This document shows, piece by piece, positions 29,517 through 39,329 of a stretch of 64,000 nt of DNA. Source of the stretch: a candidate division WOR-3 bacterium (GTDB lineage Bacteria > Hydrothermota > UBA3072 > B12-G15); contig CBFGJG010000004.1 in assembly GCA_965649055.1 (NCBI GenBank), forward strand, positions 7,654 through 71,653. Reading direction: 5' to 3'. The stretch's first letter is position 1; each line of letters starts with the position of its first letter. A model generated the notes under the pieces. The model had not been told where the DNA came from, made no database searches, and saw nothing but the letters and a program-made list of their open reading frames with translations. Position numbers and translations under genes: made by a program.

Positions 29517-30249
29517 AACTGATGAAGAGATTAAAATAATAAGAAAGGCTTCAAGGATAACAGCAGAAACACTTGATTATTTAAAAGGATTTTTAAAGGA
29601 AGGGATAACAACAAAAGAATTGGATAGAATAGCAGAAGATTTCATTCTGTCAAAAGGTGCAAAGCCTGCATTCAAAGGATACAGAGGTTATCCTGCATCA
29701 ATATGTGCATCGGTGAACAATGTTGTGATACACGGAATTCCAAATAATTATAGACTAAAAGATGGGGATATAATATCAATCGATATAGGTGTAAATTACA
29801 AAGGTTATTTTGGTGATGCTGCAAAGACGTTTCCCATCGGTAGGATTTCTGAGAATGCAAAGAAACTTTTAGATGTTACTGAAAATGCACTTCTCATAGG
29901 AATAAAAAATGCATTACCAGGGAAAAGAACAGGGGATGTTGGAAGTGCGATTGAAGAATATGTGGAAAGTTTTGGTTTCAATGTTGTTAAGGATTTTTGC
30001 GGTCATGGGGTTGGAAAGATGTTACATGAAGAACCTGCAATACCGAATTTTGGGAAAAAAGGATTTGGTGTTGAGTTTCAGAAAAATATGACTGTAGCAA
30101 TAGAACCAATGGTTAATGAAGGTGTTTCTAATGTTATAATTTCTGAAGATGGTTGGACAGTCAGAACAATGGATGGACTTCTTTCAGCACATTTTGAACA
30201 TACGATATTGATAACTGAAGATGGTAATGAGATTCTAACAATTTTATAA
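29503..30249 (+). CDS. map: Methionine aminopeptidase type I
   Basis: Metal ligands in 'DIGV…GDAA', 'HGIP', 'CGHGVG' and 'FEHTILIT'. Confidence 0.92.
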   Translation: MIIIKTDEEIKIIRKASRITAETLDYLKGFLKEGITTKELDRIAEDFILSKGAKPAFKGYRGYPASICASVNNVVIHGIPNNYRLKDGDIISIDIGVNYKGYFGDAAKTFPIGRISENAKKLLDVTENALLIGIKNALPGKRTGDVGSAIEEYVESFGFNVVKDFCGHGVGKMLHEEPAIPNFGKKGFGVEFQKNMTVAIEPMVNEGVSNVIISEDGWTVRTMDGLLSAHFEHTILITEDGNEILTIL

Positions 30250-30257
30250 GAATTGTT

Positions 30258-31082
30258 CTAACATTCAGTCCAAAGTTTTTTCCTAAATCCTTCAAGAGGT
30301 TCTTCTGGAAGTTTTTTGAAGGTTGCGAATGTATTAAATTTTATCTCATCTAATGTATTTCTGAAATTTTCTTCCCTTGCTATATGATGGTCAATTATTA
30401 TATTTGGACAATCTTCCAATATCTTAAAAATATTATCTAAAAAGGGTCTTTTTAATCTCCTATCAATATATAATGGAGGTCCGTCAAGTATTAAAATATC
30501 AGGTTTTTTTGATATTATAAAGTCTGTCTGATTTTTGAATATTGGCCCGGATATATCCGATGAATAAAGCATCTTAAAACCATTCTCTTCTATTACCGTT
30601 GATATTACTGTTGCAGGTGTATTGCCGTGTGGCAATGGTTTTGAGAATGTAATTTTTGTATTCTTTATTTTGAAATCCTTACCATCACCTATTTCATATT
30701 CGTTTATAATGTTTGTTATTTCTTTTGAACGTTCTTTTTGCATATAATTTACATTTCTATAGTCCTTTAAAATCAACATCTTTCCCTTGAAAAGTGGTAT
30801 AAAATCTTTTGTGAAATGGTCATGGTGAAAATGTGTTATAATTACAATATCAGAAATTTTCAAATAATTTTTTATATTTTCTTTAAGTTCAAAGAATCTG
30901 TCTATTTCCATTTTATGTGGTGGGAGGGAAAATCTGTCAGGTGAAAGGTCAATACCGGGGTCAATAATTATTTTCAGGTCTTCTGTCTTTATGAATACAC
31001 AGAAACTTCTTACACCCATACTGTCTGATGCAAGAGGAACTATCTCCATATTAGTATAATAACAAGGAATTTTGATTTTCAA
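30258..31082 (-). CDS. MBL-fold metallo-hydrolase
   Basis: 'ITHFHHDH' metallo-beta-lactamase motif. Confidence 0.7.
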   Translation of the reverse strand: MKIKIPCYYTNMEIVPLASDSMGVRSFCVFIKTEDLKIIIDPGIDLSPDRFSLPPHKMEIDRFFELKENIKNYLKISDIVIITHFHHDHFTKDFIPLFKGKMLILKDYRNVNYMQKERSKEITNIINEYEIGDGKDFKIKNTKITFSKPLPHGNTPATVISTVIEENGFKMLYSSDISGPIFKNQTDFIISKKPDILILDGPPLYIDRRLKRPFLDNIFKILEDCPNIIIDHHIAREENFRNTLDEIKFNTFATFKKLPEEPLEGFRKKLWTEC

Positions 31083-31211
31083 AGAATTTTATATTTAATT
31101 GTATAAAATATTTTAAGCTAAATTTTACATAGAATTTGTAAAATTTGTGTTAAATAATCTGGGAAAAATTTACATATTGAAAATTTAGATTTTTTATTTA
31201 TAATTAGTAAT

Positions 31212-32072
31212 ATGAAAAAAGCTTCGGTTGTTATACCAGTTTACAATTCTGAAAAATTTATTTATCATACATTATCTTCTGCACTATCACAGAGTTATAA
31301 GAACCTTGAAATAGTTATAGTGGATGATACATCAAAAGATAATACCGAAAAAATTATAAAGGAAAATTTTAGTAATGAGTTAAATTCAAAAAAAATTATT
31401 TATATAAAAAATAAAGAAAACCTTGAAAGATGCGAAAGCAGAAATATAGGAGTAAAATATTCAGGTGGGGATTATATATTTTTTCTTGACCACGATGATA
31501 TGTATAAGGAAGATTATATTAAATCTGTTATACCATATTTCAATGAATATGATTTGATTTATTCAATCCCGAGAAGTTTCATAGATGAAGACAATAAGAT
31601 AATAAGGGTCTCTAAAATGAAGTATAAGGAAATTGGTGAAGAAATATTCTCCGGGAATATAGGCTACTCAATTGGAATAGCAATCAGGAAAGAGTGTTTT
31701 ACAGGATTCAATAAGGATTTTTTATACAGGGAAGACTGGGAGTTCATTATCAGAAATTATATGGAGGGGAAGAAGATAAAAATTCTTGATAATGATAAAA
31801 TCTTTATTAGAGAACATAATAAAAGGACTGGGAATGATTTTAGATATTGTGTTGCAACATTGAATATTCTGGAATCTTATTTTGAGAAAATAGAGAATAA
31901 ATACAGACCTTTTATGCTTTTCCATGCAGGAGAAACATGTTTAAGATTTGGTAGATTTCTTGAAGGTTGGAAGATGGTTATTTTGGCATCAATGATTAAC
32001 AGCGAAACATTGCTCAAAAAAAGACAATTAGGGAATTTGTTAAAATGGGGGTTGAGATTAAAGAGAATATAA
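31212..32072 (+). CDS. Glycosyltransferase family 2
   Basis: N-terminal 'SVVIPVYNSEKFI', 'VDDTSKDNT' and DxD 'LDHDD'. Confidence 0.8.
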   Translation: MKKASVVIPVYNSEKFIYHTLSSALSQSYKNLEIVIVDDTSKDNTEKIIKENFSNELNSKKIIYIKNKENLERCESRNIGVKYSGGDYIFFLDHDDMYKEDYIKSVIPYFNEYDLIYSIPRSFIDEDNKIIRVSKMKYKEIGEEIFSGNIGYSIGIAIRKECFTGFNKDFLYREDWEFIIRNYMEGKKIKILDNDKIFIREHNKRTGNDFRYCVATLNILESYFEKIENKYRPFMLFHAGETCLRFGRFLEGWKMVILASMINSETLLKKRQLGNLLKWGLRLKRI

Positions 32073-34831
32073 AGAAAGTCCTTGCTTCTGCAGGTGGAGG
32101 AAAGACAACAAGATTATCTACAGAATTTATTTCGATTTTGAAAAACAATCCTTATAGTTTAAGAAATATCCTTGCAATCACATTTACAAATAAAGCAGCA
32201 AATGAGATGAAGAAAAGGATATTGGAAAATTTGAAAGAAGAAGCGATTCAAAAAAAAGATAAATTAGCAGAAATCCTTGTGGATAATATAATTAATAATT
32301 TCAGTGATTTCTCAATTAAGACAATAGATAGTTTTATACATTCAATGATAAGAGCGTTTCAGTATGAACTGGGACTTAATCTCGAAACAGAGGTTAAACT
32401 TGATGTAGAGAGGTATTATGAAATTGCGTTTGAGAGGTTGATGGAACTTTCATTAGAAGACGAAAAAATAAAAGAGATATTTATCAAATATGCAGATTAT
32501 TATTTTGAAGACGCAAAAGGATTGCGTTTCTGGGAAAATATGTATGAAAAACTGAAAAAAATGTTAAAGGATATTTTTGATAAGGAAATTAAACTAAGAG
32601 GATTTGATAGAGCAGATGATTTAACATCTGTATCCAATTTTACATATTGTCTTCATAACCTGATAAATAAATACATTGGTTGCATAAATGAAATAGAGAA
32701 AGAAGAAAACATAATACTTATCGAAAGATTCGGGGACTATATAAGAAGGTTATTCGATATTTATCAAGATATACCATTTATATATTACAAGATAGGAAGT
32801 AGATTCAGACATATTCTTATAGATGAATTTCAGGATACAAGCATAGTTCAATGGAATAATATTGAACCTATAGTCCATAATATTATTTCTGAAGGCGGGA
32901 CATTTTTCTATGTCGGTGACCCAAAACAATCAATATACCAGTGGCGCGGAGGAACCCCTGCCCTTTTTGAAGAGGTGAAAGAGAAATTTAAAAATTACGG
33001 TGTTAAAGAAGAAAATCTTGATATAAACTATAGGTCAAGGGAAATTATAGTTAAATTCGTAATGGATATTTTTAATATTGAGAACATTAAAGATATAAAA
33101 AATAATATTAAAGATAAGGATATTTCTGAGAGTATTTTTGAAGAGTTTGAATTACATATACAACATTTCGAGAATGTTGAACAGAAAATTAGAGATGATA
33201 AAAAAGATAGTGGATATGTTGTTATTAAGAAAAAAAATGAATCAGAGATAGAAAATTCGATTGTTGAAGAATTGAAAGAGATAAATAAGAGAAGGAATTA
33301 TTCAGATATAGCAATACTGGTTCGAACAAATAAACAGGTAAGTGATATTGTAAAGATTCTGAGTATGAATGGAATACCATATTATACAAGGGAAAATCTT
33401 GATGTTTTTGAAAATGAAATTGTAAGGGAAATAATATCATTTTTGAAATTTATAAATACACCTAACGATAATCTCTCATTCTTTAATTTTATAACAGGGA
33501 AATGTTTTCTTAAGGTATCTGGTATTGAAAAGGATTTTATCATCGAAAAGTTTCTCGATTGTAAAGATAAATATTTCTATTCATACTTTCAGAAGATTTT
33601 TGAAAAAGAGTGGGAAAAATTTATAAAGCCATATTTTAATAGATTTGGATATATTCCTTTATATGAACTTATAATTGAATTTATTCGAGATTACAAAATA
33701 TATGAAAATTTTAAAAACGAGATAGGGTTTGTAGAGGCATTCCTTGAATATATTTATAAAATAAAAGATTATGGGAATGATATTTCTACTATTATAGAAA
33801 AAATAAATGAAGAAAAGGTTAAGATTAATCAGGGAATATATGAAAATGCAGTTACTGTATCAACCGTTCATTCTGTAAAAGGTCTTGAATTCCCTGTTGT
33901 TTTTTTACCTTATCTTGAATACACTTTGGATCAGAAGTATATTCCTAAAGAATTTTTTATTGGTGAAAATGATAAGATATTTGTAAGGTTTAAAGATGAA
34001 AATGAAAAAAACAAAGAAGAAACAGAATGTTTAAAAACTGAAGAAAACATTTATAAAGAAACCATAAAAAATGAATATTATAAAAATGCTGTCCGTATAC
34101 TTTCAGAAGAAATTAATTTGCTTTATGTCGCATTAACAAGGGCAAAGGATGAATTATATATTTATTATACAACCGCAGAAAAAAATGAAATAAAATTAAC
34201 TTATAAAGGTCTCGGGAAGTTATGGAACTTAATTATTAATAAGTATATGTCTGAAAAAGGCGAAGAATTAAAAATTGGAGACCCAATAACCAAGAAAAGT
34301 GAGGAAAAAGGAGTTGAATATTTTTACCCTGAAAGAAAATCAGGTTATGATGATATGATTAAGTCGATTGTAATAAAAAAGAAAGAAACTTTTATTGAAG
34401 AAGAAAAAATTGGAGAGGCATTCCACAAGGTCTTGGGAAATGTTTACAATATAAACGAGGAAGATATATTTAACGAACTTGAATACGTTGTTAATTGTAT
34501 GTTCCCAAAAAATAAAAGAGAATACTATAAAGAAAAAATAAAAGCGTTATTAAAAAGTTTAATTGAATGGCAAGAAATTAAAGAAATTTTAATGGGTGAT
34601 GAGATTCTTTTAGAGAAATGGGGTTGCGACGAAGATGGTATGTTAAGGATTGACAGAATTATATTTGATGGTGATAATATAAGGATTATAGATTTTAAGA
34701 CAGGAAAGGAAAATACAGAAGATAAAAAGCAGATTGAAAGATACAAAAGATTCATAAAAAGTGTTCACAAAGATAAAAAGATAAAAGGTTTCTTGATTTA
34801 TGTGTTAGATAGAAAAATCGAGGAGGTGTAA
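32045..34831 (+). CDS. addA: UvrD/Rep-type helicase with C-terminal PD-(D/E)xK nuclease (AddA-like helicase-nuclease subunit A)
   Basis: 'SAGGGKTTRL', 'ILAITFTNKAANEM', 'DEFQDTS' and 'VHSVKGLEFPVVFL'. The C-terminal nuclease domain has 'DRIIFDGDNIRIIDFKTGK…QIERYKRF'. Confidence 0.8.
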   Translation: MGVEIKENIKKVLASAGGGKTTRLSTEFISILKNNPYSLRNILAITFTNKAANEMKKRILENLKEEAIQKKDKLAEILVDNIINNFSDFSIKTIDSFIHSMIRAFQYELGLNLETEVKLDVERYYEIAFERLMELSLEDEKIKEIFIKYADYYFEDAKGLRFWENMYEKLKKMLKDIFDKEIKLRGFDRADDLTSVSNFTYCLHNLINKYIGCINEIEKEENIILIERFGDYIRRLFDIYQDIPFIYYKIGSRFRHILIDEFQDTSIVQWNNIEPIVHNIISEGGTFFYVGDPKQSIYQWRGGTPALFEEVKEKFKNYGVKEENLDINYRSREIIVKFVMDIFNIENIKDIKNNIKDKDISESIFEEFELHIQHFENVEQKIRDDKKDSGYVVIKKKNESEIENSIVEELKEINKRRNYSDIAILVRTNKQVSDIVKILSMNGIPYYTRENLDVFENEIVREIISFLKFINTPNDNLSFFNFITGKCFLKVSGIEKDFIIEKFLDCKDKYFYSYFQKIFEKEWEKFIKPYFNRFGYIPLYELIIEFIRDYKIYENFKNEIGFVEAFLEYIYKIKDYGNDISTIIEKINEEKVKINQGIYENAVTVSTVHSVKGLEFPVVFLPYLEYTLDQKYIPKEFFIGENDKIFVRFKDENEKNKEETECLKTEENIYKETIKNEYYKNAVRILSEEINLLYVALTRAKDELYIYYTTAEKNEIKLTYKGLGKLWNLIINKYMSEKGEELKIGDPITKKSEEKGVEYFYPERKSGYDDMIKSIVIKKKETFIEEEKIGEAFHKVLGNVYNINEEDIFNELEYVVNCMFPKNKREYYKEKIKALLKSLIEWQEIKEILMGDEILLEKWGCDEDGMLRIDRIIFDGDNIRIIDFKTGKENTEDKKQIERYKRFIKSVHKDKKIKGFLIYVLDRKIEEV

Positions 34832-34832
34832 T

Positions 34833-37679
34833 ATAGAAGTATTTGTTATTCCTTTTAAATCAAATTTTTTAAAAAACACTGCTAAATTTTTAATAGAGAG
34901 ATACGGAGATAAAATTTCAGATATAAAAATAATATTCCCCAATAAAAGACCAGGAATCTATATTCTTGAAGAAATAAAAAAAATATTAAAAAAGCCATTT
35001 TTTCCACCAGATGTATTATCAATAAATGAGTTTGTATTTAATCTTTATACCATAGATTTCAAGGATAAAAGACTTTGTGATAATGAAGAAGAACTGGTCT
35101 ATCTTATTTATAAATCAGCAAAAGAAATAGATGATGAGAAATTTTTTAATAAAGAGATACTTGAATCTTTTGATGATTTCTACCTTTTTGGGAAAGCACT
35201 TCTTGGTGTAATAAACGATATGGAAATATTTCATGTTGACTATAATAAGATTGAAGAATATACAAAGTATGAGGATGATAACATTAATAAATACACAATT
35301 AAACTTTTAAATAATATTTCAAAGATTATGAATAATTTCTATGATTATCTTGATAAGGAAAAAATTTTCTTCAGAGGCCAGGCATATAAGTATGTATCAA
35401 AAAATTTAAAAAATCAAAACTATAGAATAGCATTCTGTGGATTCAATGCTCTGAATAAATCCGAAGAGATAATAATGAAACATTTTCTTGAACAGGATTC
35501 AATAATGATTCTACAGAGCAATGTAGATGAATGGGAAAAAGATGTTAACTCTCCATTCTATTTCCATAACCTTCTTAAAGAAAAATGGGGATTTAATCCA
35601 GAGATTATTTGTGAGGAAGAGATAAAAGAAACAGAAATAAATATTTTTGAAGCACCTTATATTCACTCAGAGGTTCTCGCATTAAAAGATATTAATAAAG
35701 AAAACACTGCTATAGTTCTTCCTGATAATAATACATTATTACCTGTTATATATAGGGTAAAAGATTTATCAATAGATAAATTTAATGTATCAATGGGATT
35801 TCCCTTTGCAATGACTCCTGTCTATTCTCTTTTTAAGGTATTTATAAAGATTTTCTTAAATATGGATGATCGCAAGATATATATAAGAGATTATATTGAT
35901 TTTATCAGGAATCCCTATATTAAAAGATTAAAAATAAAAAATATTGAAATATCAGAAATTATTTACATTGTAGAAAGAAAACTGATGGATAACCATAAAA
36001 ATTTTGGATTGTCCTTTGCAAGCATTGAGGATATTGAAGATATCGTGCGTAATAATTTAGAAGAAAATAAAAGATTTGAATATTTTAAAGAATTTAATAG
36101 TAAATTCATAAAAATCTTCAAAAATGTTAAAAGCGTAAGAGAAATTACCGAGAATTTACTAAATGTTTTTAAATTCATTTTTGATAATCAAGATTACAAA
36201 GATAATATTTTTTTAAATCAATTTCTTTCTGTATTTTTTGATAAACTTGAAAATATTTCGAATTCTTTGATAGGGGAATATGTTTCCACGGATAAGAAGG
36301 GAATGTGGAATCTAATAGATATGATTGTAAAAGATATTACTATACCATTTTCAGGAGAACCACTTGTAGGGCTACAGATTCTTGGATTTCTTGAAACAAG
36401 GTGCCTTAACTTTGATAATGTTTATATGCTTGATGTTAATGAGGGTATAATACCTAAAAATAAAAAAATAGATCCTATTTTACCATTTGAATTAAGATGT
36501 GCTATTGGTCTTCCGGATTATAAACAGGATGAATCAATGTTTGCTTATAATTTTTACAGACTTATATACGGTGCAAAAAATGTCTGTCTTATTTATACAA
36601 ATGCAGAAACAGGTGAAACGGATAATTACAGGAGCAGATTTATTGAGAAGATTATATGGGAAAATGAAAAAATGAATAAAAAAATTGAAGTAAGTAATAT
36701 TGTATTACCAGCAAATTATATAAAGAAGGAAAAATATGAATATAAGAAAAACGAAAAATTGATGGAGATTCTTAAAAATGAAGTTTATTCAGGGACAAAA
36801 CTTGATACTTATCTTAGATGCCCAATGAAATTCTTGTTGAGATATGTTTTGAAAATAGAATCTCCGGTAGAGATAGAAGATGATATTAAAGGAGATAAGA
36901 TAGGTATTTTTGTTCATAAATTGTTTAAAGTTTATTTCGAGCCTTTCATCGGTAAGAAGGCAAATGAAAAAGATAAAAATGGATTCTTTTTAATTTTTGA
37001 CAATGAATTTGATGAATTTTTCAAAGAATACGATAAAACAAAAAAGATATTTCTTAAAGAAGCACTCAAACGGAGATTAGAAAAAATGTATCAGACTATT
37101 GATAATATTAATAGTGAAAAAATCTGTTATCTTGAGAAAGAAATAGAAAGCACAATTACCTTAAATGGTAAGGAAATAAAATTAAAAGGCATAATGGACA
37201 GAATAGATATGTCGGTTGATAATTGTTACATAATAATAGATTATAAGACAGGCTCTAATGTTGAAACGCCTAAAAAATTAGACAACATAAAAAAGGAAAT
37301 CGAAAAAGCAAATAAGTTTTTATCGAGAGAGGAAGTTGAAAAAAATATTAAAACATTACAACCTTCATGTTACATATATCTTTTTTCAAGATATAAAAAT
37401 ATCAGTCCTGAAAAAATAAAATTTTATTTTGTAAGATTCAATGAAATAAAAAAAGTAAGTCCTTGTAATAGCAATAAAGGTGAAAACAAAAAAGACGAAA
37501 ATGAATTTAAAGAATATTTAAATTATCCAGAATACCTTGGATATCTTGAAAATGGATTAAAATTTGTCCTTTCGGAAATATTAGACCCTGAAATACCATT
37601 TTATATGACGGATAATGAAAAAACCTGTTTAAATTGTGATTATGTGTATTTTTGCGGAAAGAAGAAAAAGGATTATTAG
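34833..37679 (+). CDS. addB: AddB-like helicase-nuclease subunit B (inactive-helicase N-terminus, C-terminal nuclease with 4-Cys Fe-S staple). The 5' end extends ~129 codons upstream of the first ATG (35220) with no canonical start.
   Basis: The in-frame protein-like translation from 34809/34833 reads 'IEVFVIPF…KRPGIYILEEI…'. GAGGAGG lies 6 nt upstream of ATA 34833, directly after the addA stop. The C-terminus has 'YLRCPMKF' and 'CLNCDYVYFC' (Cys-X…-Cys-X2-Cys-X5-Cys) around a RecB-type nuclease motif. Confidence 0.7.
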   Translation: MEVFVIPFKSNFLKNTAKFLIERYGDKISDIKIIFPNKRPGIYILEEIKKILKKPFFPPDVLSINEFVFNLYTIDFKDKRLCDNEEELVYLIYKSAKEIDDEKFFNKEILESFDDFYLFGKALLGVINDMEIFHVDYNKIEEYTKYEDDNINKYTIKLLNNISKIMNNFYDYLDKEKIFFRGQAYKYVSKNLKNQNYRIAFCGFNALNKSEEIIMKHFLEQDSIMILQSNVDEWEKDVNSPFYFHNLLKEKWGFNPEIICEEEIKETEINIFEAPYIHSEVLALKDINKENTAIVLPDNNTLLPVIYRVKDLSIDKFNVSMGFPFAMTPVYSLFKVFIKIFLNMDDRKIYIRDYIDFIRNPYIKRLKIKNIEISEIIYIVERKLMDNHKNFGLSFASIEDIEDIVRNNLEENKRFEYFKEFNSKFIKIFKNVKSVREITENLLNVFKFIFDNQDYKDNIFLNQFLSVFFDKLENISNSLIGEYVSTDKKGMWNLIDMIVKDITIPFSGEPLVGLQILGFLETRCLNFDNVYMLDVNEGIIPKNKKIDPILPFELRCAIGLPDYKQDESMFAYNFYRLIYGAKNVCLIYTNAETGETDNYRSRFIEKIIWENEKMNKKIEVSNIVLPANYIKKEKYEYKKNEKLMEILKNEVYSGTKLDTYLRCPMKFLLRYVLKIESPVEIEDDIKGDKIGIFVHKLFKVYFEPFIGKKANEKDKNGFFLIFDNEFDEFFKEYDKTKKIFLKEALKRRLEKMYQTIDNINSEKICYLEKEIESTITLNGKEIKLKGIMDRIDMSVDNCYIIIDYKTGSNVETPKKLDNIKKEIEKANKFLSREEVEKNIKTLQPSCYIYLFSRYKNISPEKIKFYFVRFNEIKKVSPCNSNKGENKKDENEFKEYLNYPEYLGYLENGLKFVLSEILDPEIPFYMTDNEKTCLNCDYVYFCGKKKKDY

Positions 37680-38953
37680 ATTTCTACAGGCATACCAAGT
37701 AGATATCCTTGACCATAAAGAATCCCGTGTTCCTTCAAAAATTCAAGGTCTCTTTCATTTTCTATTCCTTCTGCAATCATTATTGAACCAATTTTATTGG
37801 AGAACTCAAGCATTGATTTCAAAAGTTCCTGTCTAATAAGGTCTTCTGATATATTTTTTATGAGTGTTTTATCATATTTTAAATATTTAGGTTTTATCTC
37901 TGCTATCCTTTCAAGTGTTGAATAACCTGTTCCTACATCATCAAGTGCTATCTCAAAATTGAGATTCTTTAACTTGTCTATGAATTCACCATAAATATTT
38001 TTTTCATATATCACAAATTTCTCAGTTATTTCAAATACAATCTTTTTATCATTGGTAATTTCTTTAGAGAAATTTCTTAAAAAGTCCCCCTTGAACATAT
38101 TAGGTATAAAATTAGGTGTAACATTAAGAAATAATCTTTTATCTTTTTTTATGTTTTCCGTTTTCATTAAAGCCTTTGAAAGGCAGATTTTCTCAAGTTC
38201 GTTTATCAGCGTGGATTTTGCCGCAAGGCTGAATATAATATCAGGTTCAAAGAAATAAGAATTTTTAGGACCCCTTGATAGTGCTTCAAAGCCAAATATT
38301 TCATTATTAGAAAGTTCATAAATTGGCTGGAAGTAAGTAAAAATATTCTGTTTTTTAATAATATTTTTCAATTCGTTTAAAAGTTCTTCTTCACTTCTTT
38401 TTTCTTTAAAATATGCTGAGAATCTTGCATTTTCAGTTGCCTGATATATTATTCTCTCTATTCTCATCATAGGTTCAAAAGTAAATATCTTATAACCGAA
38501 ATAGAAAACTATTTTACTCCAAAGGTTTGAAATTTCTTGATTCACCTTTATATTCAAAAGACATTTCTGTATTTCAGAAATTGTTTTTTCCGCGAATTCT
38601 GAACTGATTTCTTCATTTGTATTTTCTTCCGAGAAGAAGATAAATAACCCGTCACTTTTTATTGATGATATTGCAATTATCGGCGGAACCTTAAATGATT
38701 TGGATAAGCATTCTTTTACATTTCTCGCAAATAACTTGATTGCATTGTCATAAGCTTCCCATCCATATATCTGCTCAAGCATATTCTCTCTTCCAATTGT
38801 CATATATATACAGCATATACTTCTATTTTTCGTAATCATTCTTCTCAGGTTTTCAAATTCTATGTTCAATGTTGGAAGAGATGTGTTTTCATCATAGAGG
38901 GCACTTTTAAATCGCAGAATATCCGCTTTTAATTTTAAAATTTCCTTATCCAT
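37676..38953 (-). CDS. c-di-GMP phosphodiesterase: degenerate GGDEF (SDGLF) followed by a catalytically intact EAL domain
   Basis: 'QPIYELSNNEIFGFEALSRGP', 'LDDVGTGYSTL' and 'EGIENE…QGYL' EAL catalytic residues. The GGDEF motif is replaced by 'KSDGLF'. Confidence 0.8.
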   Translation of the reverse strand: MDKEILKLKADILRFKSALYDENTSLPTLNIEFENLRRMITKNRSICCIYMTIGRENMLEQIYGWEAYDNAIKLFARNVKECLSKSFKVPPIIAISSIKSDGLFIFFSEENTNEEISSEFAEKTISEIQKCLLNIKVNQEISNLWSKIVFYFGYKIFTFEPMMRIERIIYQATENARFSAYFKEKRSEEELLNELKNIIKKQNIFTYFQPIYELSNNEIFGFEALSRGPKNSYFFEPDIIFSLAAKSTLINELEKICLSKALMKTENIKKDKRLFLNVTPNFIPNMFKGDFLRNFSKEITNDKKIVFEITEKFVIYEKNIYGEFIDKLKNLNFEIALDDVGTGYSTLERIAEIKPKYLKYDKTLIKNISEDLIRQELLKSMLEFSNKIGSIMIAEGIENERDLEFLKEHGILYGQGYLLGMPVEI

Positions 38954-39329
38954 TTTCTATCTTCCTGAAAATCTGTTCAATTCTTTTTATCAATTCATCA
39001 GAGGTAAAAGGTTTACAGATATAATCAATTGCACCTTCCTTAAGACCAATTATCTTATCATGTGCGTCAAGCCTTGCAGTGATAAAAGCAACAGGTATAT
39101 CTCTGAAATTTTCATCTGATTTTAACATATTTTTAAAACTGAAACCATCTATTTCAGGCAACATAATATCAAGTAATATCAAATCAACCCTGTTCTTTTG
39201 CAGTATCATCAAAGCATCATTCACATTTGTTGATGTGAATGTGGCATAATTTGCATCATTCAACACCATAGAAACAAAGTTTAAAATATCTTCTTCATCA
39301 TCAATTATTAGTATTTTTTTTCTTTTCAT
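38946..39329 (-). CDS. CheY-like response-regulator receiver (stand-alone)
   Basis: 'KILIIDDEEDI…LILLDIMLPEIDGF' with phospho-acceptor Asp, and conserved 'K' in 'YICKPF'. Confidence 0.85.
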   Translation of the reverse strand: MKRKKILIIDDEEDILNFVSMVLNDANYATFTSTNVNDALMILQKNRVDLILLDIMLPEIDGFSFKNMLKSDENFRDIPVAFITARLDAHDKIIGLKEGAIDYICKPFTSDELIKRIEQIFRKIENG

